Below the pieces are notes generated by a model. That model was not told the origin of the DNA. It saw nothing but the letters and a program-made list of their open reading frames with translations, and searched no databases. The translations under genes and the position numbers were made by a program. This document shows, piece by piece, positions 10,577-25,580 of a DNA stretch of 64,000 bases (the first letter of the stretch is position 1; each line of letters opens with the position of its first letter). The stretch spans positions 62,001-126,000 of the forward strand of contig CBFFRP010000080.1 in NCBI GenBank assembly GCA_965644295.1, given 5' to 3'. Source of the DNA: Paraphysomonas bandaiensis (taxonomy: Eukaryota > Protista > Chrysophyceae).

Positions 10577-11332
10577 TACCAGGCCTTCTTTCCGGTAGAC
10601 GTCGTCAATGTAGAATACATCTTTCTTACCAGAAGTCGTGAATAGCATCATCTATAGCCCATCTCTAAGTTTCAGAATGAGCACATGTTGATGGTCCTAT
10701 ATAGTGAGTTTGAACTAGCTACGTGTAGTGTACTCCTTGTCATTATATGCAGTAACTAATATATACGCACACAAAAACTGATGATATTTTGAAAATATTC
10801 CAATATATTGCAATAACTGACTATTAGTTAAAGAAAGTTTTCGTCAACTATAATTGCAATTATTATTTTCAGTCCGATTAGCTAATTAAAGGAGTTGTAA
10901 TGCGTACATGAATAGCACAAAACTCCATTTCTTGATGAGTCGTACATCTGTTCAGTTCATGGTACTTGGCATACAGCACTAATTCAGAGGCAACATGGGA
11001 CAGTAAGTACCAGTATTCTATTTTTCTCGTTCAACTTTGGCCTTACCATCGTCATATTTGCAGCCCCTATAGTTCTCTTTAGAAATCGTGACTTTCACGT
11101 TGGTATTCACTTAGATATCGTAGAGGTCGTATAGTAGCCGATCTCTGCCAAGAGCAGATTCCTGACAAATTCGCAAGAAGGTTTTAATGTGTACTATCGT
11201 AAATATAAACGGGCTACTCTGGCATTGCTATCTTTCCAATTATATAACTAGTAATGAAAATACGCACATTGGGTAAACCTATATGCGACCCAGCTATAGA
11301 TAAAGGTCGTAACATCAACGCGTAGCTGATCA

Positions 11333-11914
11333 CTATCCTGGAAGCTTGGTCAGTATATATAAATAGCAAAACTCTTGTGTCGGAATTTCAACAGGAGATA
11401 TAAACATACATTTACATTCCACAGAAAAACTCTCATGACACAATAGCCCCAACATATCTTTATCCTTTCCATCAGCCCCAAAAATAGAGAAAATCAAAAT
11501 AAATCCCGACTGTACAAGAACACGTGAATATTCTGATAGCACAGTATGCGCATTCCTGGATGCTGTCTTTTCACATGAGGTTACACTATCAAAGAGACCC
11601 TTTTCAATCACAATATCCACAGAATTGGCAGTGAAGGGAAGCGACATCGCATCAGCTACTAATAAGTCATTCGACAGGGCTGATAAGCCGTCAGAGAACG
11701 CATTAACAGCAAAATCAAACTCTACACAAAGCCCTATTCGAAAAGGAAATACATTTTCTAGAAGGGTATTCCCACACCCCCCGTGAATAACGACTGGGTG
11801 GGTGTTTGCGGACATATCAGGAAGAAGATGGCTCGCGACATCGTATGAGAAGTACCACTCATATCGCGGGGAGGTATAGAACTTATCCCAGAACCCTTTA
11901 GACGACACAGACAT
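11333..11914 (-). CDS. Class I SAM-dependent methyltransferase, EEF1AKMT4/METTL13-N-like
   Basis: FWDKFY...YEWY, motif I IHGGCGN, ADAMSLPF, DIVIEKGLFD, EYSRVL. Confidence 0.8.
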   Translation of the reverse strand: MSVSSKGFWDKFYTSPRYEWYFSYDVASHLLPDMSANTHPVVIHGGCGNTLLENVFPFRIGLCVEFDFAVNAFSDGLSALSNDLLVADAMSLPFTANSVDIVIEKGLFDSVTSCEKTASRNAHTVLSEYSRVLVQSGFILIFSIFGADGKDKDMLGLLCHESFSVECKCMFISPVEIPTQEFCYLYILTKLPG

Positions 11915-12460
11915 CCTTCTGGATACTCTCTATTCAACCCCTTTATGCAGGTAGTTTGCCCATTGATGTCATGCAGACTATCGCAAGCTACACTTGTACG
12001 GTATACTCTGTATACCTGACGATATGATATGAAGAACAGCAGAGTGTGACAGTACCGCAATGTATGCACAACAGTCATGTCCGCTGCTGCTGCTGCTGCT
12101 GCTGTGGTGTGTGTTTCATATAGAGACAGTTTCATTCGAATATTTCAATCTCTGTAGTGTACTGTATACCGTATACAGTATATCACATGCTCGTACATGC
12201 AGAATATGTACATTACATGCGTATCATAGCAGTTCTCGTAGTCGTATAGGAGTACACTGCTGTAGAACAGTCACTGCATCAGCGAACATCACGCAGGTAG
12301 GAAAATGATGTTCAGAAGAGCCGTAGCTGCCTGTTAATCCTCACCACAGACATCATCTCTCCCCTCCCCTTTGCTCTCGTATCTCCTGAATGCATATTGT
12401 GTCTGTATATGTACACTGACAGTGTGACGGTGAGATCTATGTAGTGCTGTTGCAGAGACG

Positions 12461-15400
12461 ATGAGCAGCTCGACTAAGACGTCATGTGCGGCTAAAAAGG
12501 TAAGTGTATATGTCTGTGACGGCAGCTATGAGTGAATCCCTGCTATCAGATCCCAATCAGCCGTCTCAGTCAGCTGTCCACTCCGAAGCACCGCAAGAAT
12601 GTTGGCGGGGCGACTTCTTTCGCCCATATTGCCATGCTAGCGAAAGCTGGACCGTCTTCTGGCCCATCTAATGGCTTGACATTACGCGAAACAAGCTTGT
12701 CAAATGCTTCAAGCGGCGAGGGTCGTCAAACCATTCCCTCAGACGACACGGCGACTGCGCTCCAATTGGGTTCGTGTTCGCAACCAACATCCAATAACGA
12801 TAAGACAGCGAATCATGTAACACAAAAGCGATATCGTCCGACTGCTGGACGGAAAAAACTCTGGCGACTTCCTGAGAACTTCTCACGCACTATGAAAAAT
12901 GACTTAATCCAAACTGACGGTGTTGACTCACATGCATGCTCGGGCTTCGCCACCAACCTGAAGGAAGCCATAAGTCAATCCAAAAGAGGAAATATACAAC
13001 GCGCTGTCCCAGGTGCCCCTGAGAACACCACCCATATAAAGAATGATGATGGAGGAACAGGGCCATCTTGTTCGGATGGTCAGGCGTCAGTAACTAAGCA
13101 TACGTCGCGTGTACAACGGCAACAGGCGACGTGGAGACACCTTGCCGTGCCTAAACACCGCCCCCGTATCGTGCGTACGTATGATCGTTTTTCACGCACA
13201 ACCATTGTTGGTGGTACTGTACAAAGAAAATGCCAGTCAACGCCGAAATCGGCGGGCCTGGCACCGCCAACAGTGTCTGCGTCCAGTCGCATTTCCGAAC
13301 AAGGGACCGGTAGGCGTATTCTTACTGCGGATAACAAGTCTGAGGGACAATGTGCGTCTGGACAATGTGAGACGACGCATGCGATTGCTAGAAGTTCAAA
13401 CGAACCGACGACTACAGGGGATACGGGGTTGGGGGCAATGAACAATGACAGATGTGATCAAGGTGTGAATGCTGTGAAAGGCCATAAAGGACGGGACGCT
13501 GGAGTGTTAGTGGGAGATAAAGGAGTACGCAGAAAGCAGCAGCGGATGCAAATAGCCCGAGGAGCTACAGAAACTGCACGTGTTGTTGGGGGTTCTGGTG
13601 TAAGTAGAGTAAAGAACCCTGTAAAGTACGGAGGGCGGGTAGGTACTAATTCAGGTGTTGTGTCTATTCGGATGAGGAAGGAGGAGAATGTGGTGTCCGG
13701 AGTAAAGGCTCCAGCAACCTCAAAGTTGACTGGAAAGCGTGCATGTGAAGCAATTGGACAAGAAATAGGGGCACCTATTTCGGCTGGTGTAGTACGGGGA
13801 GAGGATGGAGTGGCAGTAAAAGGATGCGGCGCTGAAACGAATAACTTAGATCACGTTATTTCTGATAGCGATATCTGCTGCTCTGCTGTAAAGGATTCTT
13901 CTAACTTATCCATTGCCTCTGAGGCACCGTCTTCCTCCAGAGGCAGTAAACCAGGACAAACAAATGCCAGGATTGGAGGCGGACAAGTTCGATATAGGCA
14001 CCAACCCTCGAAGGGATTGCCCGGTCCAGGATTGCGTGAAATGGGAAATAGTAAAACAGACGAGTCTTCAGTCTCTGCGTGTCCACAACCCAAATCTAAA
14101 AATACTGCAACTTCTAGGTCTGGTGAATATCCTGCCAATGGCGGGAGTTCCCTATCTGGATTCATTGAGTGTTCGTCATCCACTAGAACAGATGCTGTTG
14201 CAAGGTACGAATCATCTGAGGTACTTGATGATGGATGTCCACCCATTACCTCCTCTGACTGCTCTACTTCAATGAAGCTTCCTATGAATCGCAGTCAAGA
14301 GGGTGGGGCTATGTTGAAGGGTGATTCCAGTGCATGCGCGTCTACTCCGGATACTGATAACAGCAGTGTCACAACTGCAGTAGCAAATGCCGCCTCTTCT
14401 GTCCGGTCTAGAATGGGTGGCGTTACACCACATGCTATTGCGTCAACTACGTATGATACTACCGTAAATGGCAGTCACTCGCAAGCAGCTGCTTCAAATG
14501 GATATGTGCAAGGATTTCGTCCAAGTTCTGCGACTGCTGTGGAGGGTGGATCCTCGGAGTCTAAAAACAACGTCGAAGATTTTGAACCAATCTCAAACAT
14601 GCGCGATCCCACTGCACCGTGGAATATTAAGAGACCACATTCTTCTCCGTTACAGAGAAACGCTTCGACACTCACTAACAATGCGGATTCTGCGAGTATA
14701 GCACAGTCTACACATAAGTGCATAGACCTCGGACAGAATGTGCAAGTGGACGCTGATACCCCAGATACCGCTGGAATAGACGAAAAGCAGTCTGCTGCAG
14801 CTGTGCAGTTGCGAAATGCGAAGAGACGGTTTCGACAGTCCTCCCAATTAGCTCAGACTCGCAAGTGGCCCCTACGAATCAATTTTTCTCCTCTCAACAC
14901 CAGACTACAACATCACCAGCAAGAAGATTCCCGGTCTAGCGCTGCTGGTCATTCGAACAAAGTCAGTACACCCTCATCTCCCCCGCGAGTGGTACCCTCT
15001 CATTCCTCGCCTAAAGTGACACCTACACCCTCTAGAGACTCCGATGACGGTGTTTCTGATATAGGGACGAAATGTATAGATAATTATAATACAAGTGTAA
15101 GTACGACACCTAAAAGCTGTTTAAAGAAAGAAAAATCCCGAGATTATATGTCGAGAATGACCGTCGTGCGGCACGTACGCTTTAACTCTGAAGTGCAAAC
15201 GGAATATTTCGATAGCTCTAGCGGCTATAATGACGTGCTAGATCCTACATCGAACGAGAAACAAATCAAAGTTACTGTTCCGAAAGTGACTGTGAGAAGT
15301 GCACCACGCTGTGTGGAAGAGGCCCTTGCGCAGGGTAGCAGCGACAGAGAAAGTATGCGGACAAATAGTACTTGTGATAGTAGCAGTGATGAATCGTCAG

Positions 15401-15477
15401 AGAATTCTGGGCCAATAGATGTCTTTCAACGAGAGCGTTTCACAGTTGATGATTTGATGTCTTTGATGAGAGCATAG
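12461..15477 (+). CDS. Large Ser/Thr/Gly-rich disordered protein with C-terminal SILK-like and RVxF motifs (putative PP1 regulator), intron 12500-12549
   Basis: 981-codon open frame. A 13-codon exon from ATG 12461 splices in frame (GTAAG..TATCAG). No globular domain was recognised. Confidence 0.7.
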
Positions 15478-17598
15478 TACATGTAGCTTGGTATCCAAAG
15501 CCATCGGATACGTTTTATATATATCGAGATGTGTGTGAAGTTTTATTTTATTCATGTGAAGTATCTGTGGTTAGTTCCTCTGTTGAAACAGAGAGTGTTA
15601 GTTCTTATGCGCAAAGTTAATAAAACAGATAGGCTATGCTATTATCACAACTTATTTTCTCGACCATATATTTTCAGTCGAAGACGGACATTCGAAGTAA
15701 CTAAACTTCTTCGCACAAATAGCTAAATAAAAAATTGCAAGGTATCAGACATATGCTTAGTCTGTAGCCTATTGGATTTAAATGTAAAAAGGGATTTTAC
15801 TTGTAAAAAAACTATAAAATGCCGTGAATGACGGTAGCTCGATTACTTATTATTATAATATAGATATACTTAAGTTTTATTTTGTTTTATGTGTATACTA
15901 TACGTTAGTTATAATATTATTCAAAAATTTAAAATTCGCAAAACTAACATTTCAGTTCTTAGTGACCACAATGCAATCGATTTGGGCTAGATATACAAAA
16001 TATTATAATGTACTATTATATACAATATATATTATACAGCTGTGTTGTATACAATATAAAGGACAAAGTTTGCTACTACGGCCTGGTTCTTGCTACCAAT
16101 CTGTCCATCAAGGATTGTCTGAGAAAGGCGGGCAACGCGATCGGAACCATGATGAATGGCCATGCGACGACGAATCCCAAGAACCTACCCTGTGAAAAGA
16201 CCGAGGCCTGTCCCTTGAATGATACCTTGGACGGGTTACGAAATGCAGATAAAGTAAGTAAACTCTTTGCTCAAAACCATCAGTAAATAATATGGAGACA
16301 ATAGGAATAGATTCCTAAGATTGAACGAATGAGCAACTACAAACGAGCGCGCCACCATACCGGTAATACCACGTATCGCGTCCACACAATACCTACATCA
16401 CTGTTTTGTGGGTGGATATATAGCATCTACTGTTGAGTAAGGAACCCTCAACCATTTAATATATTATGGTATAGTATTATATTATTATATTTATATATAT
16501 TACTATAAATGTTAACTGTAATAACTATATTTATTTCTCTTGAAAATCACTATAAACCCTTAAACCTTCAAGTATAATAAGATATAATATTATATATATA
16601 AAATAAATTACTAGTATAAATAATTATATAAGTAATGTTTATAAAAATGTATTATATTACTTTTATAAAATTATAATATATATGATATAGTACAGATTCT
16701 AAGGGTTCGATTTAAATGGAGCAACTGCCCCCAGAAACACCAGTCCGACTTTGAAGGCCGTAGTTTGAACAATCATCTGTTTGGACAATTATTTGTCGCA
16801 GTATTACAAGTAGTATGCGTGCGCAAGTATAAACTCACATGCAGAGGAACAGCAGTGTGAGGGGGTACAAATATAATGCAATAGAGTCATTAATATAATA
16901 ACACTGCTTATCATTAATTTTTTATTCATCAGGATGGCATCATATGAACAAATTTTGTGAGTATGTTGTAAAACAAATGACTATTTAGAAAATGTCCAGG
17001 CGGGAAGGGTCAATTTAAGCAAAGGAATAGGTCTGGGTAGACGTAATTCGCAATGTTGTGACCATATGGAATTTCGCATGCCCTGTCTACGTGACTATTA
17101 TCTGTTTTACGAGCCAACTTTTCGGTTATCAAACCTGGTTTTACATAGAAAGTCTCATGTGGATTGGAGTGACAAGATAATACGGAACAACGAGGACACT
17201 GAACCATTTCGACTCTGGGTTAAAAGTTAAAAGATATATCGACATCTCTCCGGCAAGACAATTACTATGCAGTTCGTGTGTCTCTACTGTTATAGTACTA
17301 CGTACTATGTTCTATATTGTTTGCCATTATTGTGTAGACTGCGGGCAAGTATATGAGTATACTTTTGTCGAAATTGATGAACACCAACACGATTTACGCA
17401 GAGAACAAAAGCAACATTACCCTTTTTCACTACATAAATTACGACGAAAAAGCTTATTGTGTATCATGGAAGCGCGATAAAACTCTCACCTACGACAAAG
17501 ATAGTTTCCGTATTATTTATTAAACCATGTGCGTGCGTTTCACAACATCCACATCGAGAGTACACAAAAATATAGTCAGCTGATGGTATGTGCTACAA

Positions 17599-18757
17599 TT
17601 AATCGCCAGAGGGGGAGGAAGCAGTGTGCGAGTGAGAAAGACTAACATTTGGAAGTAGTGAGCGCGCTAGAGTGTATGCGCGCTCCCATGAGCCAGTATT
17701 AGAGCTTGCAGATGAACGTTTTGCAGATTCGCAACTATGTATTGCGTCGGGACTGCTACAAATGGATGACTGATTCTCAGACCAGGAGAGAGTCCATGAC
17801 AGACTAGTACCAATAGACTCAATCCCAGTAAAGTTTGCATCTAATAGACCGCCAGTCCTTCGCCTTACTTGGAGAAAATGCATACAAGGTTCTGGAAAAG
17901 TTCTCTGATAGTAGAAATAGCTAAGTGCAACTCCTGAACCTGAGGAAGATATGCATACTGCGGCAATCAGAGCGAGTGTGTAATTGAACCGACCAGAAGT
18001 CGTCACTAACACAAAGAGGGCCACTGCAGGTAACCAGCTGGACACTACAATCAAAGGATACATACTCATGCGAGTAACCGCCGCCGATAGCTGCTGCTGT
18101 TCAACATTCAAAGTTCTAGGAGCCCGTGTGGCTGATGCTTGCATTCGTCGGATCTTGATTATCACCATGACACAGCAGATAGAGCTCACAATAATAAATA
18201 ATCCATTTAGTCCAAACATCGTGAAAGCATACGTCACCATTGCCCGTTGAGCGGCCGGAGAGGCTTCAGAGAAAGACAAATCCAAGTCATATGTACAGAA
18301 TAGACGAGCTGTTTTGAAGTATATGGACACACTTTGTGCGATAGGAGGAAGAAATAATACTGTCCTAACTACCCGTTGTAAAATAACTTTCGATGGAGGT
18401 TCACTGTAAGACGATATATACAATGCAATACAGCATATGACCATTGTTGTGCCAGCTTTACTGCAGGCACCAAACTGTAAGAGGTACTCCTGAGTGGCAC
18501 ATATTGCGTATGGAGAATCATACTTTGGACCCAATATCCTGGTCACATGATGATATTAGCAGCATTGCAACAGAAAAAACTCACCAGCACCCTGACTGAA
18601 TTAAATCCGTTAGAGCCAAAAGCATCGACAGTCGCTGAAACACTTGATCACGAAGTTTCGGAGACAGGCAGATGTTCAGGACCACCAACAGCGACAGTAG
18701 AAAGGATAGCATTGACGGTAACACCCAGTACAAATAAGAGCCAGTGAAGCTTGACAT
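17599..18757 (-). CDS. 7TM G-protein-coupled receptor (cAMP receptor-like/Git3-like), intron 18539-18584
   Basis: FQRLSMLLALTDLIQS, CATQEYLLQFG, RMSMYPLIVVSSWLP, seven hydrophobic stretches and a Ser-rich C tail. The 46-nt intron restores the frame (SGCW/ILGP). Confidence 0.8.
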
Positions 18758-19271
18758 GGCAGAGGAAGCCGATATACAGATATGAACAATACACTGATGT
18801 AGCAACCTCTACACAAGAGGGCGTGATGGAACCACTTCACTGCATGGTGTGAGTCAAGCAAACGAAATTAGGACAAGCAAGTGGTCTGAAATACTTTTTC
18901 ATACACTGGGAAGGAGTTCTAGAGTTGTAGTTGACACCTCTGCTTCACTTGAGTGAGCTGTTGGTAGCTTCACCTGGTCGCTTACGCTGCTTTATATTAC
19001 TGTATGTATAGTGTACCATCCCGCATCCACCTCGGTATATGCAATAGCACAAAACTCCAGTTTTTTCGCAGCAAATACGAAGTTTAGCACCACGGATGCC
19101 CGATAACCCTTATTTTATGACAACTTCCTCCTATATATACAGTATGTACGGTATAACATACTGTATACACATTGTATTGGTGGTATTCCTGTGAGCCAGG
19201 CCATTCTTCACTGATGCTCTTCAATAGTTAGCTCACAGTATCTGTGCCGATAGATTCCTGGCTATTGAGTG

Positions 19272-21142
<1,871 letters not shown>

Positions 21143-21769
21143 TTTGCCGTTAGTATTTAAAAGATACCTGATTTTAATCTGCTATTAAGAATAATCTCTC
21201 TTCTGACCTTTTATATAAACTTTATTGATATTAGGAACAGTGCGAATGATATTGAGGTCTGCATAACATAGGAGATATGATAGTACACTTTTCCATGTTT
21301 GAGTGAAAATTTATTCCTGACTAAACACCTTGTCAACCTAGTAAACTGAAAATTTGAGTTATTAAATTACTAGCTTTTTCAACCACTTGACTAGGTTTTC
21401 ATTTCTTTGGTTAGACTATAAAATTACACCTCATTGACTAGGTTCAATAATAGTTCCCCTTTTGTTACAACATTGCGGTTACGTCATTCAGCAGTACTAT
21501 TTTCATAGAACATGTATGATCAAGCTGGCTAGCTGGTATCTAGTATCTGGCATAGTACTTCCTGACTGTGGAAAGGTGTGTACTAGACCGGCGCAGAGCA
21601 AACAGTACGCAATGAACTCAGCCCTATTAGTTTTAGTAGAAGATGTTTGGGATTTTACGAACAACGTATCGAGTACTGATCGATCGCCGAAACCCTTAAG
21701 ATATTCAAGTTGGTAAGAAGCAAAGATTAGTCCAACGTCAAAGAAAAAATTTGGGCTGCAACCAAGCAA

Positions 21770-21917
21770 ATCTTTATTAGTGTACCCTGTATCACACAAG
21801 CATTTGGATATGAGTGAGAAGAACAATATCTGCTGACTATATAGTCGGCTCCAGTACTTAACTCCCAGAACAGAACACCACGAAAACGTGCGAGTCCGAC
21901 TTTGATGAGGGAGACAC
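21770..21917 (-). mobile_element. Head fragment of the SINE-like element
   Basis: agaacaccacgaaaacgtgcgagtccgactttgatgaggg matches 36804-36845, 47953-47996 and 63956-63996. Confidence 0.7.
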
Positions 21918-22673
21918 TTTAGTGGAAATTGTTTAGCAGCCGTATCCACGAAAACTATACAATAGTAATGACTACAGGTTCCAGTTTAAATATTATATCC
22001 AACTTTAATCCTCACTGTGTACGACCCAATGTATCAAAGTTTGACATATTATGAAGTGTGTTGGCTTAACAACTGAGGTAACCTTCTTATACTCAATGCT
22101 GATATTTAAAATTATAATCAATATATATTCTTATCATTCATCAAATTCATTACCACCCATTTCTCTTACGATCTTACTTCGTCACTTGTATCGTCACTAT
22201 ATTCCTCGTTACTACTTTACACTATCTACTTTTTTTGTCATTCATTCTCATAGTACGATTAATAAGAATACAACTGTATACTGTTGAAATTTGAATACCT
22301 TATAACTTATCACCACAGCAATCAATGCTCTCATGTAGCAGAACTCAACACAATGTGTATTCCGTGTGGTCATTATGATGGTCTGACACATTCCTTCCGC
22401 CTGTGCAGGTATTTATTTGTGTTTACTATGATGGAGTAAACTGGAAACTGTAAAAGGACACAGAAATTAAATTCGACAAAGTGTGTATCTCAGTATTCTA
22501 AATTTCTGTTATCGAAACATTGTATATTCTTACATTACAATTTTATGTCATTTACTAGAAGAATATCGGTCACAGAAATAACATAATGATTTTTCAAGTA
22601 AATAAATTTGCATATATAACTAAACAAAATTCATTGAGGGGTTACAGCTACGTGTTAGAGTTGTATATTTCTT

Positions 22674-23912
22674 TTAAGCCGTGTGCTCTAAAATCCAGGG
22701 ATGGTTCGCTATATCCTTCAGCTGCATTCTTCGAGTGCAGTCCTTGACAAGCAACCTGTACTCCATTTAGTCCCAAAAATACCAAAAGAGATGATACAAT
22801 TTACCTAGATATGAGGTCGCGAGCTCCATCTGAAACGATATTAGGAAATTTCAAATCTACATTGCTTATTCTGCGATAGGTAGCTCGTGTGTCAGCTGCC
22901 TCAAATGGAGGATTTCCGACAAGAAATTCGTAGCACAGAACACCGAGACTCCATATATCTGCAGTTTCGTCATGCTCACGCCCTTCTACCATTTCTGGTG
23001 GTAAGTAGTCCAATGTGCCACAAAGAGTTGTGCGCCTTGAGGTAGGTGCATGAACAGACCAACCGAAGTCGGCAATCTTAATGTCATTCTGGAGCACAGC
23101 GGCTTTAGCAAAGTAGCATAAAAAATAGCATAACATACCCGCTGCCCTATCAACAGATTTTCCGGTTTTATGTCGCGATGTATGACATGTTTCTGATGAC
23201 AGTAGTCCAGCGCCACAGAGAGGTCCAGGATATACCTGACACAAGAATGAAACCACCATAGCGAAATTTTTCAGTTTCTATACTTAGCAGTTGTACGCTC
23301 ACTAAAGCGGCCTTTGTTTGTTAATACTTTATAAAGCTCTCCCCCAGGAGCAAATTCCAAGATCAAATATATACGGGAGGCATCATAAAAATAGCCGAAT
23401 AAGCGGAGAACATTTTTCTGCCTGTGGAAAGTACATTTACGCAATGGTTCATAGTGTAGTATGTTGTGAGCGTGATACCTTAGATTAGATTGTATCTCAA
23501 TCTCACGCCGAAGTTGATGTTCAACGCCAGCTTTGAGAAGTTGAGACTTCTTGATTACCTTTGGAATATCGAGTTATAGCCACACAATCATAAAAAGCAA
23601 GATACCTTAATGGCGACGATGAATTTACTTTTCCTTTCCCTTGCCAAGTAGACATCTCCAAACTTTCCTCGTCCTAATGGTCTACCGATTTCAAAATCTC
23701 TTAGGCTCCATTGCTTTCCCCTATTAACGAGCTAACACCAATATGAGTAAATATATATATCAAACCTTCTCGCCTTGTCGATCGTATTGGAGTCAAGGCC
23801 AGGAGGGACTTGTGCCCTGGAGGCCTAAACTATATCAGTTGCGAACAATGTAATGGAAGCCACTCTACCGTCTCTCTGTTTCCTTTGGTGCTGTCATTCT
23901 CTGAGATGGCAT
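22674..23912 (-). CDS. Aurora kinase, multi-exon
   Basis: [72 protein letters not shown]. The start at ATG 23912 is inferred. Confidence 0.95.
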
Positions 23913-25114
23913 GAATGATTTCGAGTTGTGTTATTCTATAATACTCTCACCGTCACATTCTCCTGTCAAATGGAGGGACGACAATCCACTTGTGATAGGC
24001 TCAGTCATCATCAGCTATGTTGAGGTCCAATTGTGCTAAGTTTAATACTGTCAAGCGGATATATATATATGTGCACTGCAGACGTGTAGAGGCAAATGAT
24101 GAGCTGGCAAAACTAGCCGTTGTGTATATCTCTCTACGACATACATCACCACACACCAACATACAGACCTGCACTATAATACGGCATCATTAGTACACGT
24201 ATACTGCTGCTGTACAGTACACGTATACCGTACACACCACACTGTCCAGTAGGATTCCTAGCAATACGAATACTGTGTACACCACCTCGAATAGCACTTC
24301 AGCCAATTATGGATATGCATCCATCCAGAGGACCTGGCTGTGCTATCTACCTGAACGGCAAGAACAATGCAGTCAAAATCTAGCTACTGGTATTGGTACT
24401 GCAAGAGCAAACAACACCACCATACTCTCTTCGGCAATGCTTTTCGTAATAAGGGAACTTCGATACACAGTGTATTGAGCTCTTATTGGTACACCCGTGC
24501 CATAGTTACTATTCTCTTGCTTGTATTGTTGTTACTCTATGAGAGGTTGAAGTCGCTCACTTCTGGGTCTTCTTTATGGCAGGCTCCTGGTATCAAAAAC
24601 TTGGCGAAACTGCTCATATCGAAGTTGATGAGTCCGTTTGATTAAATTTTCTTCAAGATAAAATCTTTGATTTACTTTACTACCAATAAAGCGCTGTACT
24701 CTGGATGCCTGTGCCAGGTGCTGACAGGTCCCATCAGTATCTCTCTTGCTAAACAACGAAATACCTTAACTGCAGTCGTTATTGACTTTATCTCTAATTG
24801 TACTGGTTGTGAACAACCGTTGAAGAGTATTACCGTTGAAAGAAGGAAGAAAGCCAATTCTGGGTCGATAGCCACACTTCGAATTGCCCAGTAAACTTCG
24901 GTTAAGTGGCGCATATATGTGTTTTGATATTAACACGTTACTGCGGGGTCATGAATGGGAATTAATGTGAAGTGTACAACATGCCTCATTTGGAGCAGAT
25001 GCAATGCTTATGATGCAAGGCTATCTGGTTGTAGCACTTCTTTTGTATTTGGGTGATGTAATATGTCATGGATGTTGATAAGTATATGGGTTAGCACATA
25101 AAACGTTTGAGTGA

Positions 25115-25407
25115 TGTTGGGAAATGCTCATTTTACTTAGATCAAAGAGAGATTAAGTTGTTAGACTAGATAGATTTATTAATATCGTTTACACGAATTG
25201 TGTTAAACAACACAAGCTCGTTTTGTGCCATGCATAAATCACTACTTCTGTAGACCTTTCGCTACTAAACATATCTTGAAAGAGCAAACTATTTCAGTTT
25301 TCTCAATATCATAACAGCATCTACACATCACCATACTTCACTGTATTCTCGTACATTGTCTTCAAGTACCACATTGAATATACTAGGATACAGTCCATAT
25401 TCTAATA
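25115..25407 (-). repeat. Copia 3' LTR (293 bp)
   Basis: Direct repeat of 30253-30545. Confidence 0.97.
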
Positions 25408-25580
25408 CTCCCACTCAATGTAGAATGCAGTGATACGAAACAACAATGAGTACAGTGATCTTCATGCTATAAACTAGTCTCATAGGTAAAATAGATGTGA
25501 AATCTTATCAAGATACATATATAACTAGCAGTCAACTAGATATATAGTTATGTGGGATTCTCACCCACTAAAACACACCT

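Noticed and set aside
16060-16290. GC-richer island with short ORFs on both strands
   Set aside because: No recognisable motif, splice structure or repeat match within the window.
16440-16710. AACCCT/AGGGTT words in a very AT-rich tract (telomere-like?)
   Set aside because: Isolated words, not tandem repeats.
24540-24900. Possible Merlin/IS1595-like transposase relic (IEVDESV, RNTLTAVV)
   Set aside because: Only two short motifs in broken frames and no TIRs. Too weak to call.
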